A stretch of 61,230 bases of DNA, the filler included, from Sphacelaria rigidula (lineage: Eukaryota), in NCBI GenBank assembly GCA_964200075.2. It is 10 parts of 10 records of this genome, joined end to end, with 100 filler letters (N's around TTAATTAATTAA, not from the genome) between each part and the next. Parts side by side here need not be neighbours in the genome. Positions count along the whole stretch, not along the records: positions 36,799 to 42,831 come from CAXNAA020022674.1; positions 42,932 to 48,964 come from CAXNAA020022675.1; 8 more parts are not named here. One strand, 5' to 3'. Shown one piece after another: positions 37,249 to 48,964 of the stretch; the stretch's first letter is position 1; every line of letters starts with the position of its first letter. The position numbers were made by a program, and so were the translations under genes. The notes beneath the pieces were generated by a model, which saw nothing but the letters and a program-made list of their open reading frames with translations, was not told the origin of the DNA and did no database searches.

Positions 37249-39189
37249 CCTTCTGTGCAGTTGCTTTCGAATTTTGTCACATTATGCGCTCCCGCCCCCA
37301 ACCCAGCTTGTGGGGGGTAGGTAGGGAAAACCCCATGAATCACCCGTTCAAAGTGTAACTCCTCACGTATCCGACCGTTGGCTCCCATCTGGAGATTGCG
37401 CTGAGCGCAGTCGCACCAGCCTCCACAAGAACCTAAGCCGACGCGCGGATACAACATGTCTCCCCTATGCTCTCCCCCGCCACACCAATGCAATCCATTC
37501 CGTAGGGGCAAGACACTTCCGTGCACATGTGACCGACAACTTGGTCTCGGCTCCGATTCCGCCATCCAATCCCCTTCGTTGACACATGACTGTACTACTC
37601 TTCACTTGTCCATTCATTTACCGTATGTTACCGTATCCCTTCCATTGCAACTATTTTGATGTAGCATCCATCATGTATCTCGGCGTCATGAGCCGCCTTT
37701 CCCCAACGAGGTCTCTACTCGTCCCTCTAATCCGTGCTCTGACCAGGCTACTGATCTCACTTCTACGCCGATCGGCGAAAGCTTCTGACCCCAAACCGCA
37801 AATAGCATTTACTCGTACCTTATTTTGCAACATCCCTAAGGTCATTCCTGCTGCGGACGAGTGTATGGTGCCACCAATGCACAACTCTGCAGGCGTTAGC
37901 CCAGCCAACACCACCACTTGCCGCAACGTAGTCACTGCATCATATCGAGTCCATATCAGAATTCCCCCGTTGTTCCAAACACGTCGACGCAACTGCGTCT
38001 TTCCTCGATAAAATGCCAAATCACTTCTACGCACAGGTTCACTGGGTGATGGAATGAAACAGTATGGGTACACATCCCGTGTGATCTCGTCACAAGGAAA
38101 GGAAGGCACAGATATCCAACTACAACACGTGACCACCCGGGCCCCACCCAAAGGACAAATGTTCCCCATCCAACAGCACCGACAATGAAGCGGCCGCCGA
38201 ACTCGTTGCTACGTTCTCATCACAACGCGCTTATGTTTCAATTCCATCAACGTATTCTTAATGAACGAATATCCCTAGTACGTTCTCGCAGACGACCGCG
38301 CAATGGCATTTTGGACGAGCCCGAGTCCAAAAGCCTGAACACGGATGCCTCCACTCTGTCCTGATGTCCTGCATATGCCATTGAATACCGGGAAAGTGGC
38401 ACAAATGATTAGCAGAAACACCATCCATGGGCCACCACGAATTGCTTCAGCCACATCATTGAAATTCCTGGAACATGCTTCGTCTCAACACCAAGCCCAA
38501 GTCGATTTCCAGCACACCAAGAATGCGTATCACGGCACCCGAACGCGGCTCCTTACCGCTCTGCGCTTACTCATACCCACATTACGGCGTACGAGTTGTC
38601 TCCTTACAACCGCACGCAACCAGCACGTAACCGTGGACGTCTCCTGTAGAGAAGAAATATGATCGGCGCCGACATTACCGTACCCAGTCGTTCCATTACA
38701 CTGGTCGAATATCATCATCCGAGTGCACAGTAGAACCTTCAATATGGGGGTTTTCGTCAGCGGTATAGTCACACCGCCGCCACATGCCCGACGGCAATCA
38801 ATAGCCCCTGACAGCTGCGTCCGACGATTCGAAGGTAAGGACAACATGGGCGGGTGCAACACCAACCGCTATACTAGGGATGGTATTGCTGTTCCACGCC
38901 GTGACAATCCATAGTCAATGACGCAACGCCACACGCTAGATCACCGTGAACCTCCGAGCTCAATACCACCACCAACGCCACTCGTCTAGATCATCATGAC
39001 ACTCCGGGGTCAATGCCACCACCCGCGCCATCGTCGGCGCCCTTTTCTTCTTCTCTTTTGTTTTTAGGCGTCCCCCGTCACAACTCGGGGCGAGGATGTA
39101 TACACCGGGGATTACGATGATGCTGCTCTATACAGCGACAATCCATCGTCAACCAGCCAACGTCGCACGTCGAAATCATCATGAAATTT

Positions 39190-39585
39190 CGAGCCCGATA
39201 TCATCACTCGCGACTTCGTCGCTGCCCTCTTTCAAAACATCCCTTGTCACAACACGGGACGGGGAGCGGCGGCGCACCTCAGCCAATTCGGGCTTAACAC
39301 CATCACCCGTGACATCGTCGTCGCCCTCTTTGAAACAATCCACCGACACAACACGGGACGGGGAGGGGCGGCGCACCCCAGCCGATTCGGGCTCAACACC
39401 ACCACCCGCGACATCGTCGCCGCCCTCTTTGAAACAATTCCCCGACACACACGGGACGGGGAGGGACGGCGCACCCCAGTCGATGCGGGCCCAATACCAC
39501 CACCCGCGACATCGTCGCCGCCCTCGTTGAAAATCAACCCCCGTCACGACACGGGACGGGGAGGGGCGGTGCACCCCAGCTGATG
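39190..39585. repeat. ~4 x 99-bp GC-rich tandem repeat inside the YR element
   Basis: acacgggacgggga occurs at 39252, 39351, 39449 and 39549. More degenerate units lie at 38925-39090. Confidence 0.85.
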
Positions 39586-39989
39586 CGAGCATGCGGTGAA
39601 CGAAGGGCTTCAATCACCAAACCCAGTACTTCCAGTCGTATCCAAGGCCGACATTTTGCTTTTTGCATCAAACAAGGCTCGCTCAGAAAACGAACATGAC
39701 CATCAAATAAGGGTCTCGCCCCAGATATCATTCCCCGTCTGGGAGAAAAGACTTCCACCAGTATACCGTCATCAGCATAGATGCACATGGAAAAGGGATG
39801 ACCAAACCTGCCGCCACCCTCCCAGAACTGCCTTACCGTTCACAGACAGAGTGGCAATGCGCCCCTATCGCCGCAGTGCTATCTTGACAGACTGTCACCG
39901 CATGCGCGGAAAAAAGAAGGGGATTTTGGTGTACGAATCTTCGAAGGCAGCTTTCATCAAGCCGTGAAGTCCGAGACTGCTGCCAGTTG

Positions 39990-40400
39990 AGTTGATTTGA
40001 TTCGTTTGCCGCAAATTAAACGACCCCCCGATAATTGGTTCTATTTTATTTTATTGCCGCAAACTAGCCGACCCCCCTAGATTTGATTTGATTTGATTTG
40101 ATAACCGCAAATTAACCGACCCCCCAAGGATCCAACGGCGGTTACGTGATAGATGTACCCGAGACAAAACTACTGAAAACCTTGCTGAAGAAAATAGGGG
40201 GAACAGAAAAGGTAGGACAGAACAACAGAGGAGACTTGAACAGCTGCGCCACCCGAATTCCAAATACAGGTAGCCACAGCCACAGAGGAGACTGAAACAG
40301 CTGCGCCACCCGAATTCCAAACACAGATAGCTACAGCCATATCCCCGAACGCACAGCCGAAATACGCGGCGCGTGGCGAGTCCACAGCACCTGGCGAAAA
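39990..40400 (-). mobile_element. RTE-like 3' end with (CAAAT)n tail, plus two extra very short tail copies
   Basis: ccgcaaattaaccgaccccc occurs three times. The following ggatcca..gtgataga..accc.aga.aa is similar to the LINE end at 6480-6545. A 57-bp tandem duplication lies at ~40226-40339. Confidence 0.6.
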
Positions 40401-41873
40401 CGCCCCTTTGACATCGAGTACAGTATACTAATCACAGTGCGCGCTGAGGGGCCGAATTTTACCGCAAGGGTACAATAAGTAGCCGGACTTAGTACAATAC
40501 CCACCTATCTCACAAGGTAGTGCCTGTAGAAATTCGAGGTCCGCGTCAACACTCGTGTGCGGCGATGAACCAGGGAAAAGGTGAGATCATAAATGATACG
40601 AAATATATGGTGCACTACAACCCCCAATGTGGAGACACGGAAATTTGTAATATCCAAGACCCGCCTCACGTCTTTCACCAACGTGAATGCATCATTCAGG
40701 CGCACACACCATCATATGATCCACACACCCTAATGCATTGGCCAAATTCTCTCGTTCCATGACATGAATGGGTACCCCCCGTTGTGACACACACACCAAC
40801 AGATAAATTCGAGGAAACCTCTTCAAGTCGCGAAACTATGGACGGGTGCTTTGCACATCCACCTGAGACCCAAATAAGTCCCTGTCTATACGGGCGACAA
40901 CCATCTCAACATCACCATCATACATACGCGACAAGGTAGCCTGGTGAGGTGCGGGACAGCTGGTATTCCACAGTCAGGATACGCGATTATCTTGCCATAT
41001 CTTTTTGAACACCATCGACACGTACATCCAACATACCACAATATAGATGAGCCGTGGAACCAGGCATCACCAGCTCACTGTTGTGGCGGTTGCCTGTGCT
41101 GCCGCCCCTGAGCGCCACGCGCCACCACCAGCGGGAACAAGAGCTGTACGACCGGCGAACCGGACTTGCAGTGTCCATTATCACCCCAACCAGCACCTGC
41201 AAATTTGCCCTGTCGTCCTGGACCTGCAAATTCGTCGTGCCGCGTTAGCGCCCGGCTAGCGCGCCAGGCTACTCTTATCGTGCAGCCGGCCTGCCTGACG
41301 GCACCACGGCCGGACGGCGTAGCGACGCCGGTGCCACATCATCAGATACCGACCTGCTGTAGGCGCTGGTGTAATAGAGCCAGCGCCGGGAGGCCAGCCG
41401 GTTCAACACTCCTCGGTTCAACGCGTCCTTCACCAGACGACCCGCCGCGTTGTTCGCGAGCTGCATCATTGCATCGCCAAGCTTTCTACACCTACATTGG
41501 TATCGTCCAGTTTAGTCTCCGTCCGATCGATGCGGCTGCCCACATTGTCCAAACGTCGCTCAATTCAACAACCTGCTTACCCAACGCGATTGTCCGAGGT
41601 ATGAAAGGCCCACTGCTGTAACCTCGGTTCAACTCTACACGATCCGCCTTGCTCGTAAAGAACTGCCAACGCCTGGAACTGACGCAGAACTATCCCCGTG
41701 TATGAACTCCATGAACGTTAATGTGAGATCCTAATAGGAGGGTAGACTTGGGGATGCGTCAACTCTCTCCCCCTAAACTTGTGTTTGCCCTGTCCGCCCG
41801 CCCCGGCGGCCTGATTTCGTGATTCGATGATGCCGTCCTGATTTGGTGACTTGGTGACGCCGCTTGTAAAATT

Positions 41874-42175
41874 TCAGACAGCATCGATTCGCGATGCTGT
41901 CACCAACTGATGGTCGTACCACACCCGTCTCCCGGATCTCATAAACCCCCACTTCAACCCAGACACCATTATTGTCACTTCAACGTGGATGCACTTGCCC
42001 TTGTACCTTACTGCTCCTCCCACACTGGACTGACTCACCTGGTTCATCACACAGGCAATCTTGCATGTCAAGGTGTTCTGAAATGGCTTCTAGATACTGC
42101 AACCACTATAAACGTCCGGGAAAATTCTTCATGCTTCTGCACAAAACATCGATTTTTCCCTGACACAGAATCGAG
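41874..42175. repeat. 302-bp direct repeat, 5' copy of the YR element
   Basis: Partner of 36947-37248. Confidence 0.95.
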
Positions 42176-43628
42176 TATTTTTTCCCTGTATTGAACGCTG
42201 ACTTCATTCCCACCACCAGCGGCAGCCACGCGTGCGAGACACACCCGACGTGCACAGCTCGCACAGAGAGATGCGCGCAACTATATCTCCCAGCACTTAG
42301 CCTAGTGAGGAAGCATAGACCCATCGGCGGGTAGTACGGACCAACGCTTTCTAGCACGGTGGCTGTCACGTGCAAGGTGCGTGGTGGGCGTTGTAGTGAT
42401 AGCACGATGGAAACGCGGACCGTCTCTCCCATGAGTAAGAACGGCAGCAGCAGCAGCAGCAGCAGTATCGGCACCGGCGTATTTAGACCCCCACCCAGCC
42501 GCGTACATCTACTGGGAAAAACGATGCTGCTGATACTGCTGCTGTTGCTTCTTCTCGTGCGGAAGGCGGTCCGCAGTTCGATCTGCGACAATACCCATAC
42601 CCCCTTACGCGTGATTGCCGCCCTTCTTGAAGTCGCTGGTCTGTTCGCGTGCTGTTTTACCGTCTTTGTATCACCTGTTCCCTATCCTAGCTAGCTCGAT
42701 TCAAACAGCTCGTTGTTTCTCGTGATTATGAAGTTGTTATCACTTCACTACAGAGGCGGTCACCACTTAAGAATACCTTATTTTGAGCGAGGCTCAGTTC
42801 TTGTTGGCTGCCCCAACCCGAGCACAAGTTCNNNNNNNNNNNNNNNNNNNNNNNNNNNNNNNNNNNNNNNNNNNNTTAATTAATTAANNNNNNNNNNNNN
42901 NNNNNNNNNNNNNNNNNNNNNNNNNNNNNNNCTGGTCCGGCGAAAACCCGGCTTGCTCCGTCCCGGCTTTGTAGGGATGGGAGGTCAATGGTCTTATGAC
43001 TATGGCATGCATGATCATGAGCACACACATCCCCCCCCACTCACCCTAGCTGGGTGTATTATTCCCTTTGTGTATGGGTATCACCAAGGATCGGATTATA
43101 CCAATCCCTTCGACAGCGTCACCTCTTCCTGCCGCCGGTTTCAAAATCAAAACCTTGGACTGCCACGTTGGGCCATCTGAGTCTTGCATTCATTTTTGAA
43201 GTAAATATTACGTCCATGAAACACAAATGACCAATCCTCAGGGTGGCTGCCGTTCTCACAGACAGCGAAAGCCGAAGTACACTGCACAGAACAGTAGAGT
43301 GCAGTGCAGTACAGTGCTGTCTTTTCTGTGCCCCTCGCTGCATTTCGTTCCTTTGTCCATGAGTATCACCAAGTATCGGATTGCTCGTTTGGACAGCGTC
43401 ACCCTTTCCTCCCGTCAGCTCTGGAAGTGACTCTTGATCGCCAAGGTGGGGTCATGTGCGTCTCACATTTATTTTTCAAATCAAAATCTCTGGAAAGGGA
43501 GATATTTTCCTGCAAGCGGCTCCGAAGTGGAACCCTTCGACACCCAGGGGTGGGCCATCCGGGTTTTGGATGAATGTTTTCAACTGACAAGTATGCCGAA
43601 ACAACTTATGACCAACCCTGGGGTGGTA

Positions 43629-43970
43629 GCGTGCGGGTTCTCGGCTGCGTTCGGAACTCTGTTCCTACGAAAGGTGGTGGCGAGCGAGGCCATTAACGGC
43701 CGCTACGGCGTGGGTTACGAGCACATGCCCTCGACTTATGTGGGGGAGAATATCATAGCATTGTGCGAAGCTGATGTGGTGAGCTTCAATGCCACGAAGC
43801 GACTCTTCCATCTGATTAGCAAGGACTCAATCTTTATCGAGCCTTAACGGGGCCGATGTTCGCCTGTCCAGCATGGCTTTGGCCCAGCGCCACCACAAGC
43901 CTCACAGAGCTGTCTGTCAGCTGAAGATCTGTCGATGAACGTTGGCACTGTCGTCGTACCACGGTGTTTC
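43629..43970 (+). repeat. Third copy of the coding-like repeat that forms the 44910-46012 palindrome
   Basis: ACGFSAAFGTLFLRKVVASEAINGRYGVGYEHMPSTYVGE... is shared with 45010-45456 (-) and 45585-45929 (+). Confidence 0.85.
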
Positions 43971-44909
43971 CAGAGGTCGGTCTGCTTGATTGACTGCCGT
44001 GTCTCTTGCACTACGGTAGTGAGATATAGGTTATTGAGTGCAGCTTCGCTGTTTGACTAACCCTGCTGGTGACCTATAATGCACACTGGAGGCTAATTCT
44101 GCGTTTCGCTGACTCCCACAACTCCCTCAACTCGAATAACTGTGCACATAACCCATACGTTTCACCTACTGCGGCGTTCCTTGGTTCCTTGTTTCGGATG
44201 ATGTCGCCACCGTCAAGTCAATGTGCTCCGCACGCGTAAGCCAACGTGCTCTGCACCCGTAGGTTCAAGTATCTTCGCTGACGCCACTGTGAACTACGCT
44301 TCGCTTGGGGTGAGGCAGTAGTGTTAAAGGTACCTAAGAAGAAAGATGTCGTACCCTGCTGCCGAAGGATCTCCAGTCCGAGGTGTAATTCTCTCTAATG
44401 TCATTCAGGCAAGGATGTGACCGTGACCGATGGTGGGCAAGAAGAAGAAGCGAACGAACCGGTACGGCAGTATCCGCGACGTTCAACCAGGGTTCATGCG
44501 GTGGCTCTATTGTGTTGAGCTCTCTATATCGGAGACCCCGTCGCCTAGCCTGCCATACTCCAGTTTCACAGGTTTGAACGCTTCGAGTCCGCTCATGTAC
44601 GTCACTGGCGGAACCCGTTCCTGAGCCTGTATCCCGGCTTACATGTGTGTTCTGGTGTTCACTACGTCCACAAATATGTAGTCACCACATAACTTCCGTT
44701 TTTTCTCCCTCTACGGCACCCCCAAAAATGTTGCGCGTGTTGTTGATAAAAATGATGTGTCGAAATTTCAGCGCTCGGCTCTTCGAATCATCAATTACAT
44801 CGCCAAAATACATCCAAAAATCACCGTCTGCTGGCCCAGCTCGTGGTCTTCAGAACCATCAACAGTCCTCGCCGCTCAGGCAACGGTCGACGGGGAGGGT
44901 AGTTAGGGT

Positions 44910-46012
44910 CGGGAAGTATTGAACGAGATTGGGCAACGAAAACAAAATCAAAGTTGAAGTACGATAGAAAACCGTTGCGACGACGGTGTCGACGTTCATC
45001 GACGGCTCCTCAGCTGACACCTCCGTACGGCTCAGGGTGGTGCTGAGCCAAAGCCACGGTGAACAGGTGAAGATCCGCCCTGTTGAGGTTCGATGAAGAC
45101 GAGTGTTTACTAGCTAGACAGAAGAAACGTTTCGTGGCATCGAAGCTCTTTACGCCTGTCTCGTGAAACGCCATCAATTTCTCTCCCACGTTCGTCAAGG
45201 GCATGTGCTCGTAACTCACGTCGTACCGGCCGTTGGTGACCTTGCTCGCCACCAAATTTCGCAGGGACAGAGTTTCGAACGCAGCCGAGAACCCGCATGC
45301 CACAGCAGCTCCTTCCGCGGCGCGAGTCGCGCTGTGACCACATTCGGGCGCTACCCCACAAGCCATAGCGAACACCCGCGCAGCGAATCGACCAACTCGG
45401 CCAACGACCACTCCTGCCTCTGTGCAAACCTTGTCTGTGGACCCTCGATGTTCCAAACAGATCCAGATGACCGCCGAGGGTCCCGAGACAAGGCTTGCAC
45501 AGCCGCAGGAGTGGTCGTTGGCCGAGCTGGTCGATTTGCACCGCGGGTGTCCTCTATGGCTGGGGGGGGGGGTAGCGCCCGTATGTGGTCACAGCCCGGC
45601 CTGCGCCGCGGAAAACGTTTCCGTGCCATCCGGATTCTGGGCTGGGGCTACTGTTCGTGTGGAAGGTGGTGGCGAGCGAGGCCATTAACGGCCGCTACGA
45701 CGTGGGGTACGAGCACATGCCTTCGACTTACGTGGGAGAGGAGATCACAGCTCTTCACGACAGAGACAGCGAGTTTCGATGCCACGAAGAGTTTATCTTC
45801 CGTTTGACTAGCAAGGACTCATCTTCATCGAACCTTCCCGGGGCTGATGTTCGCCCGTCCAGCATGGCTTTGGCCCAGCGCCACCCCGAGCCGTCCGGAG
45901 CAGTCCATCAGCTGGAGATCTGTCGATGAACGTTGGCACTTCCGTCGCGGCGATTTCCCATGGTACTTCAAGTTCCTTTTTCTTTTAATGCCCTGTCCCG
46001 CTCGATCCTTCC
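44910..46012. repeat. ~1.1-kb imperfect inverted repeat (arms ~540 bp, loop ~27 bp)
   Basis: Inner arms accaactcggccaacgaccactcctgc..ccttgtctgtggaccctcg / cgagggtcccgagacaagg..gcaggagtggtcgttggccgagctggt. Outer arms ttgaagtac..cgttcatcgac / gtcgatgaacg..gtacttcaa. Confidence 0.85.
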
Positions 46013-46699
46013 GAGTGGATTTCAACGGTCGCCTGCACTTGATATTCAGTAGGAAGTATCGAATGAGACTAGCCGAATAAAAAAGAATGGAAATCGAAGT
46101 ACCGTAGAAGTGAGGTTTGCTCTAGAGCACGTTGGAGCGTCCGAGTAAGATGCTCTACGCGGTACATCAAGAGCCAGTACGGTTCAGAACGAGGTGTCGG
46201 CAGGAACGGTGAAGAAACCGGAGCCGGTACGGTTCAGTACGAGGTACCGAAAGGAACGGTTCGGGAACCAGCACTCTCGCAAGTGTGATTAAGCCGAGCC
46301 GGATACCTTTGTGGATCCGGCCTGAGAATCCCATAGTTGGGGTTCGGAGAGAAGGTTCAAAGACAAGGTTTCACAAGAGAGTTCGATGGATACGATGTTC
46401 GCGCAAGGCAACCAACCCCACCTGAAGCCCCTTCCCATCTGGTACCCTACCCCACCAGGCCAAGGCTCATTTTGAGTGTCCAGAAGAAGTATGGAGACAA
46501 CCGTTGCAGACCGAGTGAGGTGACCGACAAGAGAGCTGAAAGAGAAATTAATGAGAGATTATTGAAGGGAAAACATCACCCACTCTTGAGCTACGGCAAC
46601 GACATATCTTCTTGAAGAGACCGTGCCACTCGCTAGCTGCTGGCGTCAGCTAGTACCGAACAATGGTAACCAGTTGAGATTACACAATCATAGTCCATT

Positions 46700-48502
46700 T
46701 CGGGGAAAACCTATCGATTACACTGTCGAACGAAATAGATGATTGAAACACATCTGATTATATTTATCGCAAGGGGCAGTACATACTAATAGAGTCGATC
46801 AACAGTCTATGGCAGTCACCATAGATTGAGATCACTGGCGATCGATGGACATCGTATACCACAAAAGATTCTATGATGTATTTATCGATAGTCATAGCCG
46901 TAACCAACATATTTAGTTAGTTATCCATCGATAGTCATTGCCGTCATCAATAGATTTGGCTAGTCATCTTTCGACAGCCATTGCTGTCATCAACAAATTT
47001 GGTGAGCATTATATCGGTAGCCTTTGCCGTCATCAAAGGGCTTGGTGAGCGATTTATCGATAGCCTCTGCCGCCAACGATGGATTTCGGGGTATCCATCA
47101 GTGTAGCCATTGCCACCAACAACCGATTGTTCTAGGGGGCATATATCGATTGCCAGTGACGCCAACGATAGGTTTCGATGTAACACATTCCTCACTGCAG
47201 TGGTGTCATGACATGAACGACAATACTCCTCACACATGAATATGCAACTACGTGGGGCAATAGCTGGCCGTAGGTTTTGTGGAATAAGGCAGAAACATCT
47301 ACCGAAAAATGTGCATGCCTTGCTATTAATAGTGATCGACGTCATCTAGCTCCTATTGTGGCCAGCACTAGATATTAGTGGCCGCGTTTCAAATTGCATT
47401 GTGACGAGCGATATACATTGGTGGCGCGATTCAAATTATGTTGTGACCAGCAATAGACGTCGGTGGGCGCAATTCAGATCCTCTTGTGAACAGCAATATG
47501 ATGACGTTGCAGTTCCTACTGTAATTCGCAATAGACATTGGTGGCCGCAACTCAGATCCTATTCCAACAAATCAAATGCATCGATAGACAACTTGGCCCC
47601 TCCATTGTCACAACAATGATACATTATGTCCCTTGTCCCTAATCTATTATCGCCTTCAGGAGCTATCGATAGACAGTGATGCCAGTCGATTATAACTGAC
47701 AATGAACATTCACAGTCAAATTGTCAAGGCTATTACAAAGGCAATGTTCTATTGCATAGTCTCTTGTCCAGGGTAAAAGTACATCTCACCAACGCAAAAA
47801 AGTACAATAAGCGCCCACGTCCATCAGAGGGACAACCATAAGTACCAACACCGCACCAACAACAGAATTCGTAAGCTTTTGTCGTCACATCTTGCGGATT
47901 CCTACAATATACAACCGTTCCGAAATTGTAGAATCGTGACGTCATACATTGACCAATAGTATCATCATATATTCACTGCATGTTCACCTGCGGCTTCCCT
48001 ACCGTACTTCAACAGAGTATAATATGCTCTACACATATCATGTTACAATATAGGTGTGACAATAGACGACAGAGAATATATATATTGCAAGGCATCGTAT
48101 ACCACAATAGATTATGGAATGTATTTATCGATATTCATTCCCGACATCAACAGATTTTGTACGCAATCTGTAAATAGCGATTGCCGTCAACAACAGATTT
48201 GGTACATAATTCATCAGTAGCCATCGCCATCAATACATTTGGAACACGGTCTATCGATAGCCGTTGCCGTCATGAAAATATTCGGAAAGCTATCGACTCA
48301 TACATTGGGTCGGCGGCAATAGTTTTCGGTGTAGGGCCACAATAGACTGCTGTCAGGACAATAGTGTGGGAAAGGGGTCCATCAACAGACATTGCCGACA
48401 TGAAAAGGAGAAACTTGTCGATCGATAGCCATTACGGACGACAATATCAAGTGCGACAGATTCTAGTGCTATTGCAATAGATGCCGTCTATTGTCCAGGG
48501 TG
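46700..48502. mobile_element. Probable DNA-transposon end with dispersed subterminal motifs (TATCGATAG..ATTGCCGTC), ending TTGTCCAGGGTG
   Basis: The motif recurs many times. The terminus matches ttgtccagggt at 20247 and 47764 and ccagggtg at 5572. Confidence 0.4.
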
Positions 48503-48769
48503 TGTGTGGGCACACCGACTGAGGCATAAAACCCCATGTGCACTGGAAGTTTTAGGGTGGCTAGGACCGGCTAGACTAGGCCCAACCAAACCTACCCGGC
48601 CACACCCACCCCTGTTCCTATGGATATCTGCGCGGGCAGCTGCATCCTACACCAGCTTCATCCTCTTGAGACCTTGCGGTGCCAAGTTGGTCTTGTCGTT
48701 CGGTTCCAGATGACATCCCACAAGTTTGAAGGCGATAACCGGTGGTGTATCGTCCATGATCTCTTCCAA

Positions 48770-48964
48770 TTGATTGATTGATTGGTTGTCGCATTTTGAC
48801 TGACCCCCCCAGGGGTCCAGCCGTGGTCCAATGATAGACATACCCAAGAAAACCGAAACTGAAACACGCTAGAAGGAAAAAAATATATAGGAACAGAAAA
48901 AAAAAAAAAGAGGGGACGAACAAAAAGAAACAGAAGAAAAAAAAAAGAAAAAAAAAAAAAAAAA
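48770..48964 (-). mobile_element. 3' end of the same RTE LINE family as 6461-7425
   Basis: ttgattgattggttgtcgcattttgactgaccccc..tccagccgtggtc..atgatagac..acccaagaaaa..tgaaacac aligns with 6461-6560. Confidence 0.8.

Larger units (their letters stand above)
36927..42175 (-). mobile_element. Degenerate tyrosine-recombinase retrotransposon (DIRS order, Ngaro/PAT-like) with direct repeats
   Basis: Minus-strand order: repeat (42175-41874); RT N-part STLGVV..RIIYDLTF (40500-40705); RT YADDGILVE..LEVLG (39590-39790); RNase H end GNVGADHISS (~38650); YR VRRSDLAFYRG..WTR..A...LRQVVVLAGLTPAE.LCIGGT (37651-38169); repeat (37248-36947). Confidence 0.8.

Noticed and set aside
42106..42694. ORFs with poly-Ser/Leu/Ala tracts
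   Set aside because: Produced by (AGC)n/(CTG)n microsatellites; no domain signal.
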